Of a stretch of 35,290 bases of DNA, positions 8,853 to 18,499 are shown in pieces. Numbering within the stretch: the stretch's first letter is position 1; the number at the start of each line of letters is the position of its first letter. The position numbers and the translations under genes are program-made. The stretch comes from a virus. Its lineage: Duplodnaviria > Caudoviricetes. The DNA is taken from positions 1 through 35,290 of IMG/VR virus record IMGVR_UViG_3300042484_001525, one strand, 5' to 3'. The notes under the pieces are model-generated. The model was not told the origin of the DNA. It saw only the letters and a program-made list of their open reading frames with translations, and made no database searches.

Positions 8853-9338
8853 ATGACAAAACAATCAACGATAGTTGGCAAGGCTCTTTATATGGAGTTT
8901 CGCAAATTAGTAAATACTGCTCAAATCATCATCACGCCAGAGGGCTTTACAGCAGAGGGCGAGTTCGTTCCAAGTTCATCTTGGCGTAGGCAAATCTCGG
9001 CTTGGTCGCCTAAGAAACCTTGGCGTGTATATAGCAATGGCGATATGGCTGTTCGTAAGACAAACGCTATGGAAACTAAGGCACTAGCAATGTCGCCAAC
9101 ACTAGAAGTGGCAAAAGAAGTTTCAGCAGAAATGCTAAATGACTTGGCTAAGGTGCTAGACCAACTTCACGCTAACGAATGGACTTTATTCAAAGCCCCT
9201 ATCGTGTTAGAGTTCTCACAAGAGGATTTAGACGATACCAAAAATCAGCAAACTCCCTCGGCTCTTGTGCGTAGAATACTTAGAGCAAGAAAAGAACTTG
9301 GATTTCCAGAGGAAATCCTTGACCAACCAGCAGAATAG
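8853..9338 (+). CDS. Hypothetical protein
   Basis: 161-aa ORF with strong RBS. Confidence 0.8.
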   Translation: MTKQSTIVGKALYMEFRKLVNTAQIIITPEGFTAEGEFVPSSSWRRQISAWSPKKPWRVYSNGDMAVRKTNAMETKALAMSPTLEVAKEVSAEMLNDLAKVLDQLHANEWTLFKAPIVLEFSQEDLDDTKNQQTPSALVRRILRARKELGFPEEILDQPAE

Positions 9339-9349
9339 GAAAATCCACA

Positions 9350-10384
9350 ATGACTACAATCACAGAAATCACTACACCTTTACAGGCAGTAGAACTAGCA
9401 GACAGGCTCTACTCGGGCTTGGGCGAACTGCTAATGGCTACTGCTGGTCAGCACTTACATCCTGACCTAGCAAATCACGCCTACCTAGATACTCACTCCA
9501 CACCTGCCAGCAAACTAACTACCAGAGCCTCTGTTGGCGAGGGTAGCACAGCACCTAGCATTGTTGAGAAAGACGCTTTGGTCGGCTCTGGTTCTTACCT
9601 ACGACCAAATGGCTCGGCTTACTTCACTCGCAAGTGGGGTTCAACTGACAATGATGATGTTGAGGTTATGCGAACCTGTCGTGCCAACAAGCAGTATGTC
9701 TTGCTTTATGGTGAGGCTGGTTGTGGCAAAACTGCTCTCGTTGAGGCTAGTTTCCCTGACGAACTTTACACCTTGCTCGGCTCTGGTGATACTGAACTCT
9801 CTGACTTCATTGGTGGTTATGTTCAGACCCCGAGTGGCAACTTTGAGTGGATTGACGGACCTTTGGTAAAGGCTATGGCAGAGGGTAAAGTCCTGCTTAT
9901 TGACGAGGTTGGTCTGATTGACCCTAAGGTTCTATCAGCCCTGTATGGCGTAATGGATGGGCGTGATGAACTTATCATTACTCAAAATCCAGAGAGAGAG
10001 CCTGTCAAGTCGGCAGAGGGTTTCTATGTCGTTGGTGCGACCAACCCTAACGCTGTTGGAGTTCGTCTATCAGAGGCTCTGCTATCTCGTTTCACTATCC
10101 AAGTGGAAATGACTACTGACTTTGGTATGGCTAAGACCAAAATGGGTATCACTCCACTAATCATTACTGCCTCGCAGAACCTAGCAAAGAAACGAGCCTC
10201 TGGTGAAGTTTCTTGGTCGCCTCAAATGCGAGAACTCCTAGCGTTCCAAAAGGCTAATGACATCTTCGGCACTAAGTTCGCCATTGAGAACTTGATTGCT
10301 TGCTCACCTGAAAACGATAGACCTGTTGTTGTTGAGGTTCTAACTCGGGTATTTGGCGAGGAGTGCCGACCTGCCAAAATCTAG
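9350..10384 (+). CDS. MoxR/CbbQ/CobS-like AAA+ ATPase (AAA_5-type)
   Basis: Walker A GEAGCGKT, Walker B LLIDE, WIDGPLVKAM, sensor ATNP, ALLSRF. Confidence 0.9.
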   Translation: MTTITEITTPLQAVELADRLYSGLGELLMATAGQHLHPDLANHAYLDTHSTPASKLTTRASVGEGSTAPSIVEKDALVGSGSYLRPNGSAYFTRKWGSTDNDDVEVMRTCRANKQYVLLYGEAGCGKTALVEASFPDELYTLLGSGDTELSDFIGGYVQTPSGNFEWIDGPLVKAMAEGKVLLIDEVGLIDPKVLSALYGVMDGRDELIITQNPEREPVKSAEGFYVVGATNPNAVGVRLSEALLSRFTIQVEMTTDFGMAKTKMGITPLIITASQNLAKKRASGEVSWSPQMRELLAFQKANDIFGTKFAIENLIACSPENDRPVVVEVLTRVFGEECRPAKI

Positions 10385-10446
10385 ATTTCCTTTCATCTAG
10401 ATTTGGCTCGGGGGAGTAGGTTATGTGGATTTCCTACTTCCCCGAT

Positions 10447-10475
10447 TTGACACCAAGACACCAATCCACGATAAT
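10447..10475 (+). promoter_or_regulatory. SigA-type promoter after intergenic hairpins
   Basis: TTGACA-17-GATAAT, preceded by two hairpins in ~10378-10445. Confidence 0.6.
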
Positions 10476-10501
10476 TGTCCTAACTACAAGAAAGGTAGAA
10501 A

Positions 10502-12298
10502 ATGACACACTTCGGAAAAAACACCTCGGGAGTAAAAGAGACCCCGAAAGAGTGGCTCAAAGTCGGCTCTGAAATTGGCAGACTTGTAAATAAGTGGGCA
10601 GAGAGAAACGACCTAGTTGTTTATGTGGGTGCTGATATGTCTGCCCCTGTATCTGCTCTATTTGACCCTGCTACTGCCGAGATTGAGGTCAATGCCAAAG
10701 ACGCTTTCGGCATTGCTGACCCTGAAATCGTTGGCGACCTAAATGATAGGTCAATGATGTATGAGTTTCCAAAGGCGACAGGTGCGATACTCCACGAGGC
10801 TCTACACGCTAGATTTACTCGTTGGGATTTAGTCAAGTCAAGTAAAGACCTCAAACCAAAAGAGAACGAGGCACTTCACTTGTTAGAGGAAAGTCGCATT
10901 GAGGGCTTAGGGCTTATTTACTTTCCAGAGAACGCTGACTTCCTACGAGCCTCGGCTATGGAAATCGTCATTGGCGACCTTACTGACGAGGCATTGGCAA
11001 AGATGTCTGGCACTAGGGCTTTGGCGAAAATCGCAGGGCTGGTTGGTGCGAGAGTGGATTGTGGCGTTCTGGCGTTTCCAGATGTCAGACCTATCCTAGA
11101 CATTGTTATTGCTGGTCTAGGGCAGGAACTCTACGACCAACTTAGAGACCTATGGCGTAAGGCTCAATACCACAACAAACACGACAACGCTGACAACCTC
11201 TATCCATTGGCGATTGAGTGGGAACGCCTAGTGTCTGAAAAGGCAAAAGAAAATGGCGAGAGTGAAAGTGGCGAGGGTGGTTGCTCTTACCCTATCCCTA
11301 GTGAGTTGTTAGAGGAAATCAAAGAGGCTCTGGAAACTTCTGCTGGCGAGAGTGCTTGGACAGCCTCAATCAACTTGGGCGACCAAGAGTTAGAGGAACA
11401 GCGTAAAGAAGAAGTCAAAGAACGCCAAGGCGAGAGCAAGAGACGAGAGAGCAGTAAAGAGGCAGAGAGCAAAGTGTTCGCCAAGAACTCTGGTGAAATC
11501 GCCTATGGCAAGTCTGGCTCTAAGTTGGTAGAAACTCGCAAGCCTACTTCGCCTGAAAGAGTTGCCTCGGTCAAGGTTGGTCAGATGTTAGAAAAGGCTA
11601 AGTATCGTGAGAGAGATGTTTCACTCACAACTTCGGTTCTACCACAAGGTCGTCTAAGAACTCGGTCAATGGTTCAGAAAAAGGCGTATGAGGCAGTTGG
11701 CGTTAGAGTGCCTGTTGAGATGTGGGAACACAAAACTCGCAAACAAACTGACGAGCCTACACTCTCTATCGGGGTAATGGTGGATATCTCTGGCTCTATG
11801 TCAGACGCTATGAACCCTATGGCTACGACAGCGTGGGTTCTGGCAGAGGCAGGTCGCAGAGTTCAGGCTAGAACTGCTATGGTCTATTATGGTGAGGGAG
11901 TGTTCCCGACCCTACGAGTTGGTCAGAGATTAGATGATGTCAAGGTTTATTCAGCACCAGACGGAACTGAAAAGTTCAATGAGGCATTTATGGCTCTTGA
12001 CGGACATTTGAACCTGCTGGACAGCAGAGGTGCGAGATTGCTCGTAGTTGTATCTGACGGACATTACGCAGGAACTCAACCTGCTAAGGCGAAAGAGTGG
12101 CTGAAAGAGTGCGACAAAAAAGGCGTGGCTGTTCTCTGGCTGACCTTTGATAAGAACACTCACACGCCAGATACTTACCTTGCTGGCACTTCTGGCAAGG
12201 CTGTATCGTTGGCTGGCTCTACGCCAGAACAATCAGCGTTGCTGATTGGAAAAACTTGTGCTGACATCATTGGCACAATTGGTAGGCGAAACGCCTAA
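10502..12298 (+). CDS. CobT-like HExxH plus VWA domain protein (MoxR partner)
   Basis: ILHEALHA, LEESRIE, charged linker, MIDAS DISGSM...DGT...VVSDG; adjacent to the AAA ATPase. Confidence 0.88.
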   Translation: MTHFGKNTSGVKETPKEWLKVGSEIGRLVNKWAERNDLVVYVGADMSAPVSALFDPATAEIEVNAKDAFGIADPEIVGDLNDRSMMYEFPKATGAILHEALHARFTRWDLVKSSKDLKPKENEALHLLEESRIEGLGLIYFPENADFLRASAMEIVIGDLTDEALAKMSGTRALAKIAGLVGARVDCGVLAFPDVRPILDIVIAGLGQELYDQLRDLWRKAQYHNKHDNADNLYPLAIEWERLVSEKAKENGESESGEGGCSYPIPSELLEEIKEALETSAGESAWTASINLGDQELEEQRKEEVKERQGESKRRESSKEAESKVFAKNSGEIAYGKSGSKLVETRKPTSPERVASVKVGQMLEKAKYRERDVSLTTSVLPQGRLRTRSMVQKKAYEAVGVRVPVEMWEHKTRKQTDEPTLSIGVMVDISGSMSDAMNPMATTAWVLAEAGRRVQARTAMVYYGEGVFPTLRVGQRLDDVKVYSAPDGTEKFNEAFMALDGHLNLLDSRGARLLVVVSDGHYAGTQPAKAKEWLKECDKKGVAVLWLTFDKNTHTPDTYLAGTSGKAVSLAGSTPEQSALLIGKTCADIIGTIGRRNA

Positions 12299-12353
12299 CA
12301 ACCTAAGTAGCCCGAGACGAGATTTCACCTTTCTTGTTCTTGCCTCGGGCTAC

Positions 12354-12381
12354 TTGACACCAACCCACAAATCACTAAACT
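12354..12381 (+). promoter_or_regulatory. SigA-type promoter overlapping a hairpin arm
   Basis: TTGACA-16-TAAACT; hairpin AAGTAGCCCGAG...CTCGGGCTACTT at ~12305-12355. Confidence 0.6.
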
Positions 12382-12409
12382 TGATACATAGGCTACGAAA
12401 GGAAATCAA

Positions 12410-13042
12410 ATGCCAAATTGGGTTTATACTTCGGTAAATATCTCTGGCTCAAAAGAGCAAATCGCACAATTCAAAGAACAGGCTGGCAAGCCTCACCCAG
12501 AAAGTTTTGACGAGGCAGAGGGTAAGGTTCAGTATTCTAGTGAAGATGTATTCTCTTTCTGGAACTTCATAGCACCACCACAAGAGGCAGTAGAGAGTGG
12601 CGAATACTTCGGAACGAGTGGCTGGGTAGGTGGCGAGAAAAAAGGCGACACTCCTGTCAATTGGTATAATTGGAACAACGAAAATTGGGATACAAAATGG
12701 GATAGTTGTAATTCCTCAATATTCACAGACGAAGAGACTAACCTCTGCTACTCATTTGAGACAGCGTGGTCGCCAGCCACTCCTGTATTTGAGGCTATGG
12801 TAGAGCAGTTCCCCGACCTAAACTTTGATATCCATTGGGAAGAAGAACAAGGGTTCGGTGCTGAACTCTCTGGCTCTGGTGGTGAGTTGGTAATCACGAA
12901 AGAGTGGGATATTCCAGACAGCCACGCTGACTACGAGGCACAGGATAAAGAGTGCTGGGGCTGTGTAAATGGCGACCCTGACGAGTTCTATGACGATTGC
13001 CCTCGGGAAAATGACCAGCCTGAACCAGATGTGGTGTATTAG
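12410..13042 (+). CDS. DUF1281/YubB ferredoxin-like family protein
   Basis: MPNW start, WYNWNNENWDTKWD and FETAWSP motifs. Confidence 0.8.
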   Translation: MPNWVYTSVNISGSKEQIAQFKEQAGKPHPESFDEAEGKVQYSSEDVFSFWNFIAPPQEAVESGEYFGTSGWVGGEKKGDTPVNWYNWNNENWDTKWDSCNSSIFTDEETNLCYSFETAWSPATPVFEAMVEQFPDLNFDIHWEEEQGFGAELSGSGGELVITKEWDIPDSHADYEAQDKECWGCVNGDPDEFYDDCPRENDQPEPDVVY

Positions 13043-13372
13043 ATGTTGGTCAAAGATTTCATTGAGGTCTTACAAAAACTAGACCCTACAAGTCGGGTCT
13101 GGGCTCATTGGGCAACCAAAGACGAACTCGCAGACTATTTCGTTGAGGATTGTGAAATAAACGATACAGATTGGGAATATTTCATTGACACCTTTGGTGG
13201 CGATTGGGACTATATTGCTGACCACCTTTCAGATGTAATGAGTGAGGGCAACAAGAAAAATGTCTATTGCGACCATTGCTCTCTTTACGACTACGAGTGC
13301 TACACTAACGAAGATGAGCAAGAAACTATTTGTCGTTATTGTGGCGAGGAGGAGGATTTACTAAATGATTAG
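13043..13372 (+). CDS. Acidic protein with C-terminal zinc ribbon
   Basis: CDHC.LYDY...CRYCGEEEDLL; paralogous to the next gene. Confidence 0.7.
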   Translation: MLVKDFIEVLQKLDPTSRVWAHWATKDELADYFVEDCEINDTDWEYFIDTFGGDWDYIADHLSDVMSEGNKKNVYCDHCSLYDYECYTNEDEQETICRYCGEEEDLLND

Positions 13373-13736
13373 AACTGCGAAAGAGTGGGCAGAAGTGATA
13401 GCCAAGATTGCCGAGGCTGACCCTGACCAAAAGATTTGGATTTACTGCTACACCAAAGAAGATGTTGAGGTCTATAACAGCCCCGAGCCAGATAAAAGCA
13501 TAGGAAAAGGGGAGTGGGATAACCTCATTTCCGAGTTTGAAAGGATTTGCGATAACCACGCCTTAGAGCAGATATGGGAGGCGTTTGCTGACGCTACCAG
13601 CTCAGAACTAGGACACCTGCGTTGTGATGAGTGCTACGAGTATGACTACAAAGTACAAGGCGAGCCTTACGAAAAAAAGTGTGCTGGCTGTGGTGAAGAA
13701 CGAGACCTACTTGACCCACCAACCAAATCAGACTAA
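13365..13736 (+). CDS. Acidic protein with C-terminal zinc ribbon (paralog of 13043)
   Basis: CDEC.EYDY...CAGCGEERDLL. Confidence 0.7.
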   Translation: MIRTAKEWAEVIAKIAEADPDQKIWIYCYTKEDVEVYNSPEPDKSIGKGEWDNLISEFERICDNHALEQIWEAFADATSSELGHLRCDECYEYDYKVQGEPYEKKCAGCGEERDLLDPPTKSD

Positions 13737-13739
13737 ACT
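13711..13739 (+). promoter_or_regulatory. Promoter embedded in the 3' end of the upstream gene
   Basis: TTGACC-17-TAAACT. Confidence 0.6.
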
Positions 13740-13768
13740 CTAACTAACCCTAACGAAAGGAAATCAAA

Positions 13769-14152
13769 ATGGGCGACAGGTCTCTTATTGTTATTACTAA
13801 CAACACAGACACAAATCTACTAGTGATGTATGGGCATTGGTCAGGTGGCGACAACTTACAGGCTGTCCACAATGTCATAGAAAAAACAGGCAGGATTGGC
13901 GACAACTATATCGTTGCCGAAATATTCCACGAGTTCTCGGTAGTGCTCGGTGGCTATGGTGGCACAGGTTCAGGTTCATTTGGTATGTGGGCAGATAGAG
14001 CCGAAACATTTGACGAGGGCTGGGTAGATAGCCCAACTGTCTATCTCAATGCCGATACAGGCGACTATACCTGCGACGGAGTGGATTACTCAAAACCTAC
14101 GCCTAAGGCAACCGAGCCAGAGCAAGATGTCGTGTATGGGAGTGCTAAATAA
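13769..14152 (+). CDS. Conserved phage hypothetical protein
   Basis: GAAAGGA RBS; MGDRSLI...YGHWSGG N-terminus of a recurrent phage family. Confidence 0.75.
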   Translation: MGDRSLIVITNNTDTNLLVMYGHWSGGDNLQAVHNVIEKTGRIGDNYIVAEIFHEFSVVLGGYGGTGSGSFGMWADRAETFDEGWVDSPTVYLNADTGDYTCDGVDYSKPTPKATEPEQDVVYGSAK

Positions 14153-14412
14153 TGGGCAGACAATTTCACTATGTCCTCGTATTTGACGAGGATAGTAGCA
14201 GTTGGCGTGTAGAAACCTATGATGTAGGGGACGGGGACATCTGGGATAGCGAGGCGCAAGAGTGGCGTTGGGCTGACGACGAGGCAGTTGAAGGCGAAAG
14301 AGACCTAGACGGAGCGCTCTACGAAGTTCTAACAGAGGCAAGTAGAACTTGGAAAGCACCAATAATCAAACCAGCAGGGCAAGAGCCCGACCTAATCTAC
14401 GGAAACGAGTAA
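14152..14412 (+). CDS. Acidic hypothetical protein
   Basis: TAATG coupling; 86 aa. Confidence 0.7.
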   Translation: MGRQFHYVLVFDEDSSSWRVETYDVGDGDIWDSEAQEWRWADDEAVEGERDLDGALYEVLTEASRTWKAPIIKPAGQEPDLIYGNE

Positions 14413-14414
14413 AA

Positions 14415-14696
14415 ATGAAGTTCAGAACAGCACTAGGCGAAGTTATTAGAGAGACCAGGCAAGAACTCGGAGTTAGTATGCGAGAGGTTGCTGAAAAAGG
14501 CTGTATGGCTCTCGGCTACTTGTCAGAGATAGAACGAGGTCGTAAAGAAGCCTCCTCTGAAATCTTGGAGTGTATCTCGGTAGGGCTCGGCATCTCTGTT
14601 AGTAAATTAATAGAAAAAACAACAATTAGAATAAGATTTCACGAACCCCTTGATGTCAGCGACTTTGAATTTGACGAACTAGAACTTGTAGGGTAG
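14415..14696 (+). CDS. XRE-family HTH regulator, ClgR/PopR-like
   Basis: ALGEVIRETR...REVA...LGYLSEIERGRKEASSEIL closely matches the actinobacterial ClgR HTH signature. Confidence 0.8.
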   Translation: MKFRTALGEVIRETRQELGVSMREVAEKGCMALGYLSEIERGRKEASSEILECISVGLGISVSKLIEKTTIRIRFHEPLDVSDFEFDELELVG

Positions 14697-14699
14697 TCT
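14671..14699 (+). promoter_or_regulatory. Promoter embedded in the 3' end of the HTH gene
   Basis: TTGACG-17-TAGTCT. Confidence 0.55.
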
Positions 14700-14722
14700 G
14701 GACATAGCACGAAAGGAAACCA

Positions 14723-14926
14723 ATGGCGAAATACGCACTCTACGACAAAAACGACAAGTTGTATCTAATTACATCTAACGGAGCAGTAGCAACAGACACT
14801 TACTACAATGTTCTCAAAACAGCAACAATGTTGTTAGCACACAGCCTAACCGACACCGAACTACAAACGCTAACGCTACAACAAGCGATAGACCTCAATC
14901 AAATCAGACGAAAAGGACTAAAATGA
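14723..14926 (+). CDS. Hypothetical protein
   Basis: GAAAGGA RBS; ATGA overlap with ssb. Confidence 0.65.
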   Translation: MAKYALYDKNDKLYLITSNGAVATDTYYNVLKTATMLLAHSLTDTELQTLTLQQAIDLNQIRRKGLK

Positions 14927-15351
14927 CCAACGCAGGACAAACCTACACAACAACAGGCTTAGTGGCTACAACACCACGCTACCTAAAAACAGCAGACGGA
15001 ATAGACATCACAAGTTTCCGTTTAGCAAGTGCCAGCAAAAAATTTGACCCAAAGAAAATGGAGTGGATTGAGGCTGATACAAATTGGTTCACAATCACCT
15101 CTTTCGGCACTCTTGCGATAAACGCTGTTTCCTCAATCAGCAAAGGCGATAGGATTATCGTTTCAGGAACGCTACGAGTTCGTGATTGGGATAATGGCGA
15201 AAGGTCAGGCACTTCTGTTGAGATTGAGGCTAATACACTTGGACACGATTTATTCTGGGGTCAATCTACTTTCACCAGAACTACGCTAGTAGAGCCTAAG
15301 CCTGTAATCAGACCTGTAAGCGTTCCAACCGAAGAACCAGCAATAGTTTAG
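14923..15351 (+). CDS. ssb: Single-stranded DNA-binding protein (actinobacterial type)
   Basis: OB-fold motifs TSFRLAS, TNWFTITSF, KGDRIIVSGTLRVRDW, VEIEA...GHDL. Confidence 0.9.
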   Translation: MTNAGQTYTTTGLVATTPRYLKTADGIDITSFRLASASKKFDPKKMEWIEADTNWFTITSFGTLAINAVSSISKGDRIIVSGTLRVRDWDNGERSGTSVEIEANTLGHDLFWGQSTFTRTTLVEPKPVIRPVSVPTEEPAIV

Positions 15352-15532
15352 ACTTGGTAGGTAAGGACACTTTCCACTTACCACCAACGCAGAGTGGTTT
15401 CCCTTTCCCTCGTTTCCCACTCTGCCAGCCCTCACCGAGTTATTGGTTGCTCGGTGGGGGCTCTCTCTTTGTCAGTTTCAAAAAATTAATAAAAACAAAA
15501 ATAAACAATTAGAAGATTACCTCTTTCCGAAC

Positions 15533-15561
15533 TTGACTTATCTATCTATATGATATAGATT
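15533..15561 (+). promoter_or_regulatory. Representative cassette promoter (one follows each complete box)
   Basis: TTGACT-17-TAGATT, 12 nt after the box. Others: 18616 TTGACC..TGgCAAACT, 19823 TTGACT..TGaAAGAAT, 21195 TTGACT..TGaAAAACT, 26265 TTGACA..TAGTCT. Confidence 0.8.
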
Positions 15562-15603
15562 TGTCTTGTAGGGCAACTCAACAATCCTACAAGGAGAAAC
15601 ACT

Positions 15604-15924
15604 ATGTCTAACGACAACGCATCAGAACTGCCAGATGACGCAGTTATCATCACAAGTGCCAAGGTAAAGAAAGCCCACGCTGACTTTATTCAGGCTAAGG
15701 CTGACGAGAAAGACGCTAAGGAACGCAAGGCACAAGCCGAGGCAATTCTTCGTTCTGCTCTACCAGCAGGTAAGACAAAAGGGTTCTTTGGCAAAATCAA
15801 AGCCTACACTCTTATCGCCAGCACCAACACTTCGTTTGACCGAGACTTGCTAAAAGAGAAGTTTCCAGACGCATACGCAGAAACCTTGCGAACCACCGAG
15901 TATGACTATATTCGCACAGCATAG
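15604..15924 (+). CDS. Hypothetical coiled-coil protein
   Basis: AAGGAG RBS; SFDRDLLKEKFPDAY resembles the C-terminal segment of YqaJ-type phage proteins (tentative). Confidence 0.75.
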   Translation: MSNDNASELPDDAVIITSAKVKKAHADFIQAKADEKDAKERKAQAEAILRSALPAGKTKGFFGKIKAYTLIASTNTSFDRDLLKEKFPDAYAETLRTTEYDYIRTA

Positions 15925-16116
15925 TTATCTCTAAACAACACAGCCCCCAATAAACCAGACCGAGAGTTTGGATTGGGGGCTTTGTTGTTGCTGTAAAAAT
16001 TAATAAAAACAAAAAACAACAACAAGAAGATTACCACGACAATCAACTTGACTTCGTGTAAAGTTCGTGTAAAGTTGGTAATGTGGAAACACCACAAAAA
16101 ATAACGAGGAGTAAAA

Positions 16117-16281
16117 ATGTTGGAAGAACACAAAGCAGAACTCGCTCAACTACAAAAGGATTATGAAATCCTAGAAACCTGTGAGCACAAGTTCTCAATG
16201 TCTATCTGGGCTTTGATAGAGGGGCGCATTAGCGACCTAGAAAGTATGATTGCCATTGACGAGTATTGGAAAGATAAATAA
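16117..16281 (+). CDS. Small hypothetical protein (54 aa, not in track)
   Basis: GAGGAG RBS; MLEEHKAELAQLQKDYE...; TAATG coupling to next gene. Confidence 0.7.
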   Translation: MLEEHKAELAQLQKDYEILETCEHKFSMSIWALIEGRISDLESMIAIDEYWKDK

Positions 16282-16586
16282 TGTCAGCACATCTAATAGA
16301 CATTGACGACAAAGACGGGCAGGTAGTAGATAGAAACTACTACTGCTCCGACACCTGCGCTCAAACCGACGACAAGTATCAAGGTTGGAATGGTTGCCAC
16401 GAAATCTTCTCTTGGGAAATCTGTGGCAACTGCTCCAAAGAACTTGTCTGGTATGACGAGGATGAAAAAACCTACAAAGTTGGTAGCCTAGCAATCGCAG
16501 GAAAACACGCTGGCTATTGGTCTTTGTTTGGGGCTTACCACTGCTACGAATGTGGCGCTCTATGCGAAAGCGAAGAAGAGGAATAA
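16281..16586 (+). CDS. Cys-rich hypothetical protein
   Basis: CSDTC, CGNC and CYEC motifs. Confidence 0.7.
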   Translation: MSAHLIDIDDKDGQVVDRNYYCSDTCAQTDDKYQGWNGCHEIFSWEICGNCSKELVWYDEDEKTYKVGSLAIAGKHAGYWSLFGAYHCYECGALCESEEEE

Positions 16587-16942
16587 TGGAAGACAAAATC
16601 AACATCAATGTTTCAGTTGATAGGCAAGAACTCTGGGAGGCAACTCTCGGAGGAGGTTGGGAATATATGCCTTGGTGGACAAGGTTGGAATATCCTGACG
16701 GAGCAGATTGGAACATCATTGGCGAGGGCAAGTTCGTTCTAACTTTCCAAGACCCAGACGAAGTAGGCTGTAATGAAGTAAGCAAGACCATAACCATTGA
16801 AGACTTGGCTAAGGCTTACAGCATTGCTCTAACCGAGGGCTACGAACATTGTGGTTCAGCGTGGGACTTGGAAGACCCTGACGCTTGCGTGTCAGACGGA
16901 TTGCTACAACTTGCTTTCTTCGGTGAGGTTCTCTACGGATAA
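16586..16942 (+). CDS. Conserved phage hypothetical protein
   Basis: TAATG coupling; DACVSDGLLQLAFFGEVLYG C-terminus of a recurrent phage family. Confidence 0.75.
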   Translation: MEDKININVSVDRQELWEATLGGGWEYMPWWTRLEYPDGADWNIIGEGKFVLTFQDPDEVGCNEVSKTITIEDLAKAYSIALTEGYEHCGSAWDLEDPDACVSDGLLQLAFFGEVLYG

Positions 16943-17105
16943 CAAAAGGCAGTAGTCAGAAATGGCTACTGCTTTCTGCCGTTTCAAAAAATTAATAAAA
17001 ACAAAAAGAAACAATTAGAAGATTACGATTTCCTCAATTTGACTTCGTGTAAAGTTCGTATAAGAATTGTAGTGTGGAACTACCACAAATAACCGAGGAG
17101 TAAAA

Positions 17106-17360
17106 ATGTTAGAAAGACAAGCAACATCACTAAACATCAGTGTCTATGAAAGAGTTGGGTCAGATTATATGGCAGATAACACAATGATTTCTATGAACAT
17201 CAGCACACACCTAGCAGATTGTAATATTCTGTCTAGCATAACCCAGCACCTAACCCTAGCAGACGCTAAGTCTTTGCTAATCCAAATGAACTATGTTATT
17301 GCCGAAGTAGAGGCAAAAATAATGGGAGACGCAACACTAAGCAAGGAGGTAGTGCTATGA
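17106..17360 (+). CDS. Hypothetical protein
   Basis: GAGGAG RBS, first gene of cassette. Confidence 0.7.
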   Translation: MLERQATSLNISVYERVGSDYMADNTMISMNISTHLADCNILSSITQHLTLADAKSLLIQMNYVIAEVEAKIMGDATLSKEVVL

Positions 17361-17638
17361 AAATAGAAGACATCTTGCGTATGCTGAACTACGACTACTA
17401 CCCAAGTGAAGATGCTCTTATTATCACTTGGTTTGACAAAAAGCATACTGCTAAGTTTCTGGACAAGATGCCAGATGACCCAGATGTTCTAACGGAGGCG
17501 TGGAGCAGAATTGCTAACGATATCCAAGAAGAACTAGACCACATCTTAGAGTTCTACAACTTTGTCCACGACGCAGCCGAAAAACTACAAGAGGCAATTG
17601 ACGAAGTGGAAAAAGAGTGGAGCGAAGAAGATGAGTAA
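17357..17638 (+). CDS. Acidic hypothetical protein
   Basis: AAGGAGGT RBS, ATGA overlap. Confidence 0.75.
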   Translation: MKIEDILRMLNYDYYPSEDALIITWFDKKHTAKFLDKMPDDPDVLTEAWSRIANDIQEELDHILEFYNFVHDAAEKLQEAIDEVEKEWSEEDE

Positions 17639-17852
17639 AGACCTGTGGGAAGTCGGAACTAATGACGACGCTTGGGTCGGGTGCGTAGATTGCGTATTCG
17701 CTTGGCTAAAAGATTTAGGCATAACCGACTTTGAATACGGAAAAAACTATTCAAATGACACCCTAAGTATTTATGTCAGCGAAGATGTATTCCACCAACT
17801 AACAGAAGAAACCGAGCACTTCTGTTTCGGTTGCGAAACCCCACTTTACTAA
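17631..17852 (+). CDS. Small zinc-binding hypothetical protein
   Basis: ATG 17631; CVDC...CFGC. Confidence 0.65.
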   Translation: MSKDLWEVGTNDDAWVGCVDCVFAWLKDLGITDFEYGKNYSNDTLSIYVSEDVFHQLTEETEHFCFGCETPLY

Positions 17853-17864
17853 AAGCCACCTCGG

Positions 17865-17892
17865 ACACCTGAGCAAGTGTATAAACTGCTCA
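17865..17892 (+). other. Putative H-type pseudoknot element, copy 1
   Basis: ACAC/GTGT and TGAGCA/TGCTCA interleaved stems; second copy at 20742-20769. Confidence 0.55.
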
Positions 17893-18067
17893 ACAAACCT
17901 GCGTTTCAAAAAATTAATAAAAACAAAATAAAACAATTAGAAGATTACCGCCCACCCCGATTTGACTTACCTCTAAATAAATGTAAGAATTGAGATGTGA
18001 GGGGTAGGCAGGTCTTCCTAGTTGTTCCTATCTACCCCCACACTCAACCAATATCCGAGGAGACAAA

Positions 18068-18499
18068 ATGTCTGAAATCAACGAAACACCAGAACCAACC
18101 GAACCAACCGAACCACAGCCAAAGTCCATTGAGGAACTAACTGCTGAAAACGAAACACTAACCAAGCAGTTAGAAACTGCTAACTTCTGGCGAACTCGCA
18201 CCACTGCCACGCTGACCGAACTAGAAAGCAAGGTGGAACAGTTAGAGGAATACCTTGATGACGAGTGGGACAGCATTGAGGCAGAACGAGTTGCCGAGAT
18301 TATGGGCATTGACACCGAAGTAGAGAAAGAAGTAAGCGTCTCTATCTCTGGCACTATGACCGTCAAAGCACCACGAGGCTACGATTGGGACGACCTTTCA
18401 TATTCTTCCTTTGAAGTCAGCATTGAAACCAATTGGTCAGAAAGTTTCAGCATTGAAAGTTATGACCTAGAAGTCAATGACACCACCGTTGAGGACTAA
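18068..18499 (+). CDS. Highly acidic coiled-coil protein
   Basis: GAGGAG RBS; EPT repeats, coiled coil, C-terminal VSISGT beta motif. Confidence 0.8.
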   Translation: MSEINETPEPTEPTEPQPKSIEELTAENETLTKQLETANFWRTRTTATLTELESKVEQLEEYLDDEWDSIEAERVAEIMGIDTEVEKEVSVSISGTMTVKAPRGYDWDDLSYSSFEVSIETNWSESFSIESYDLEVNDTTVED

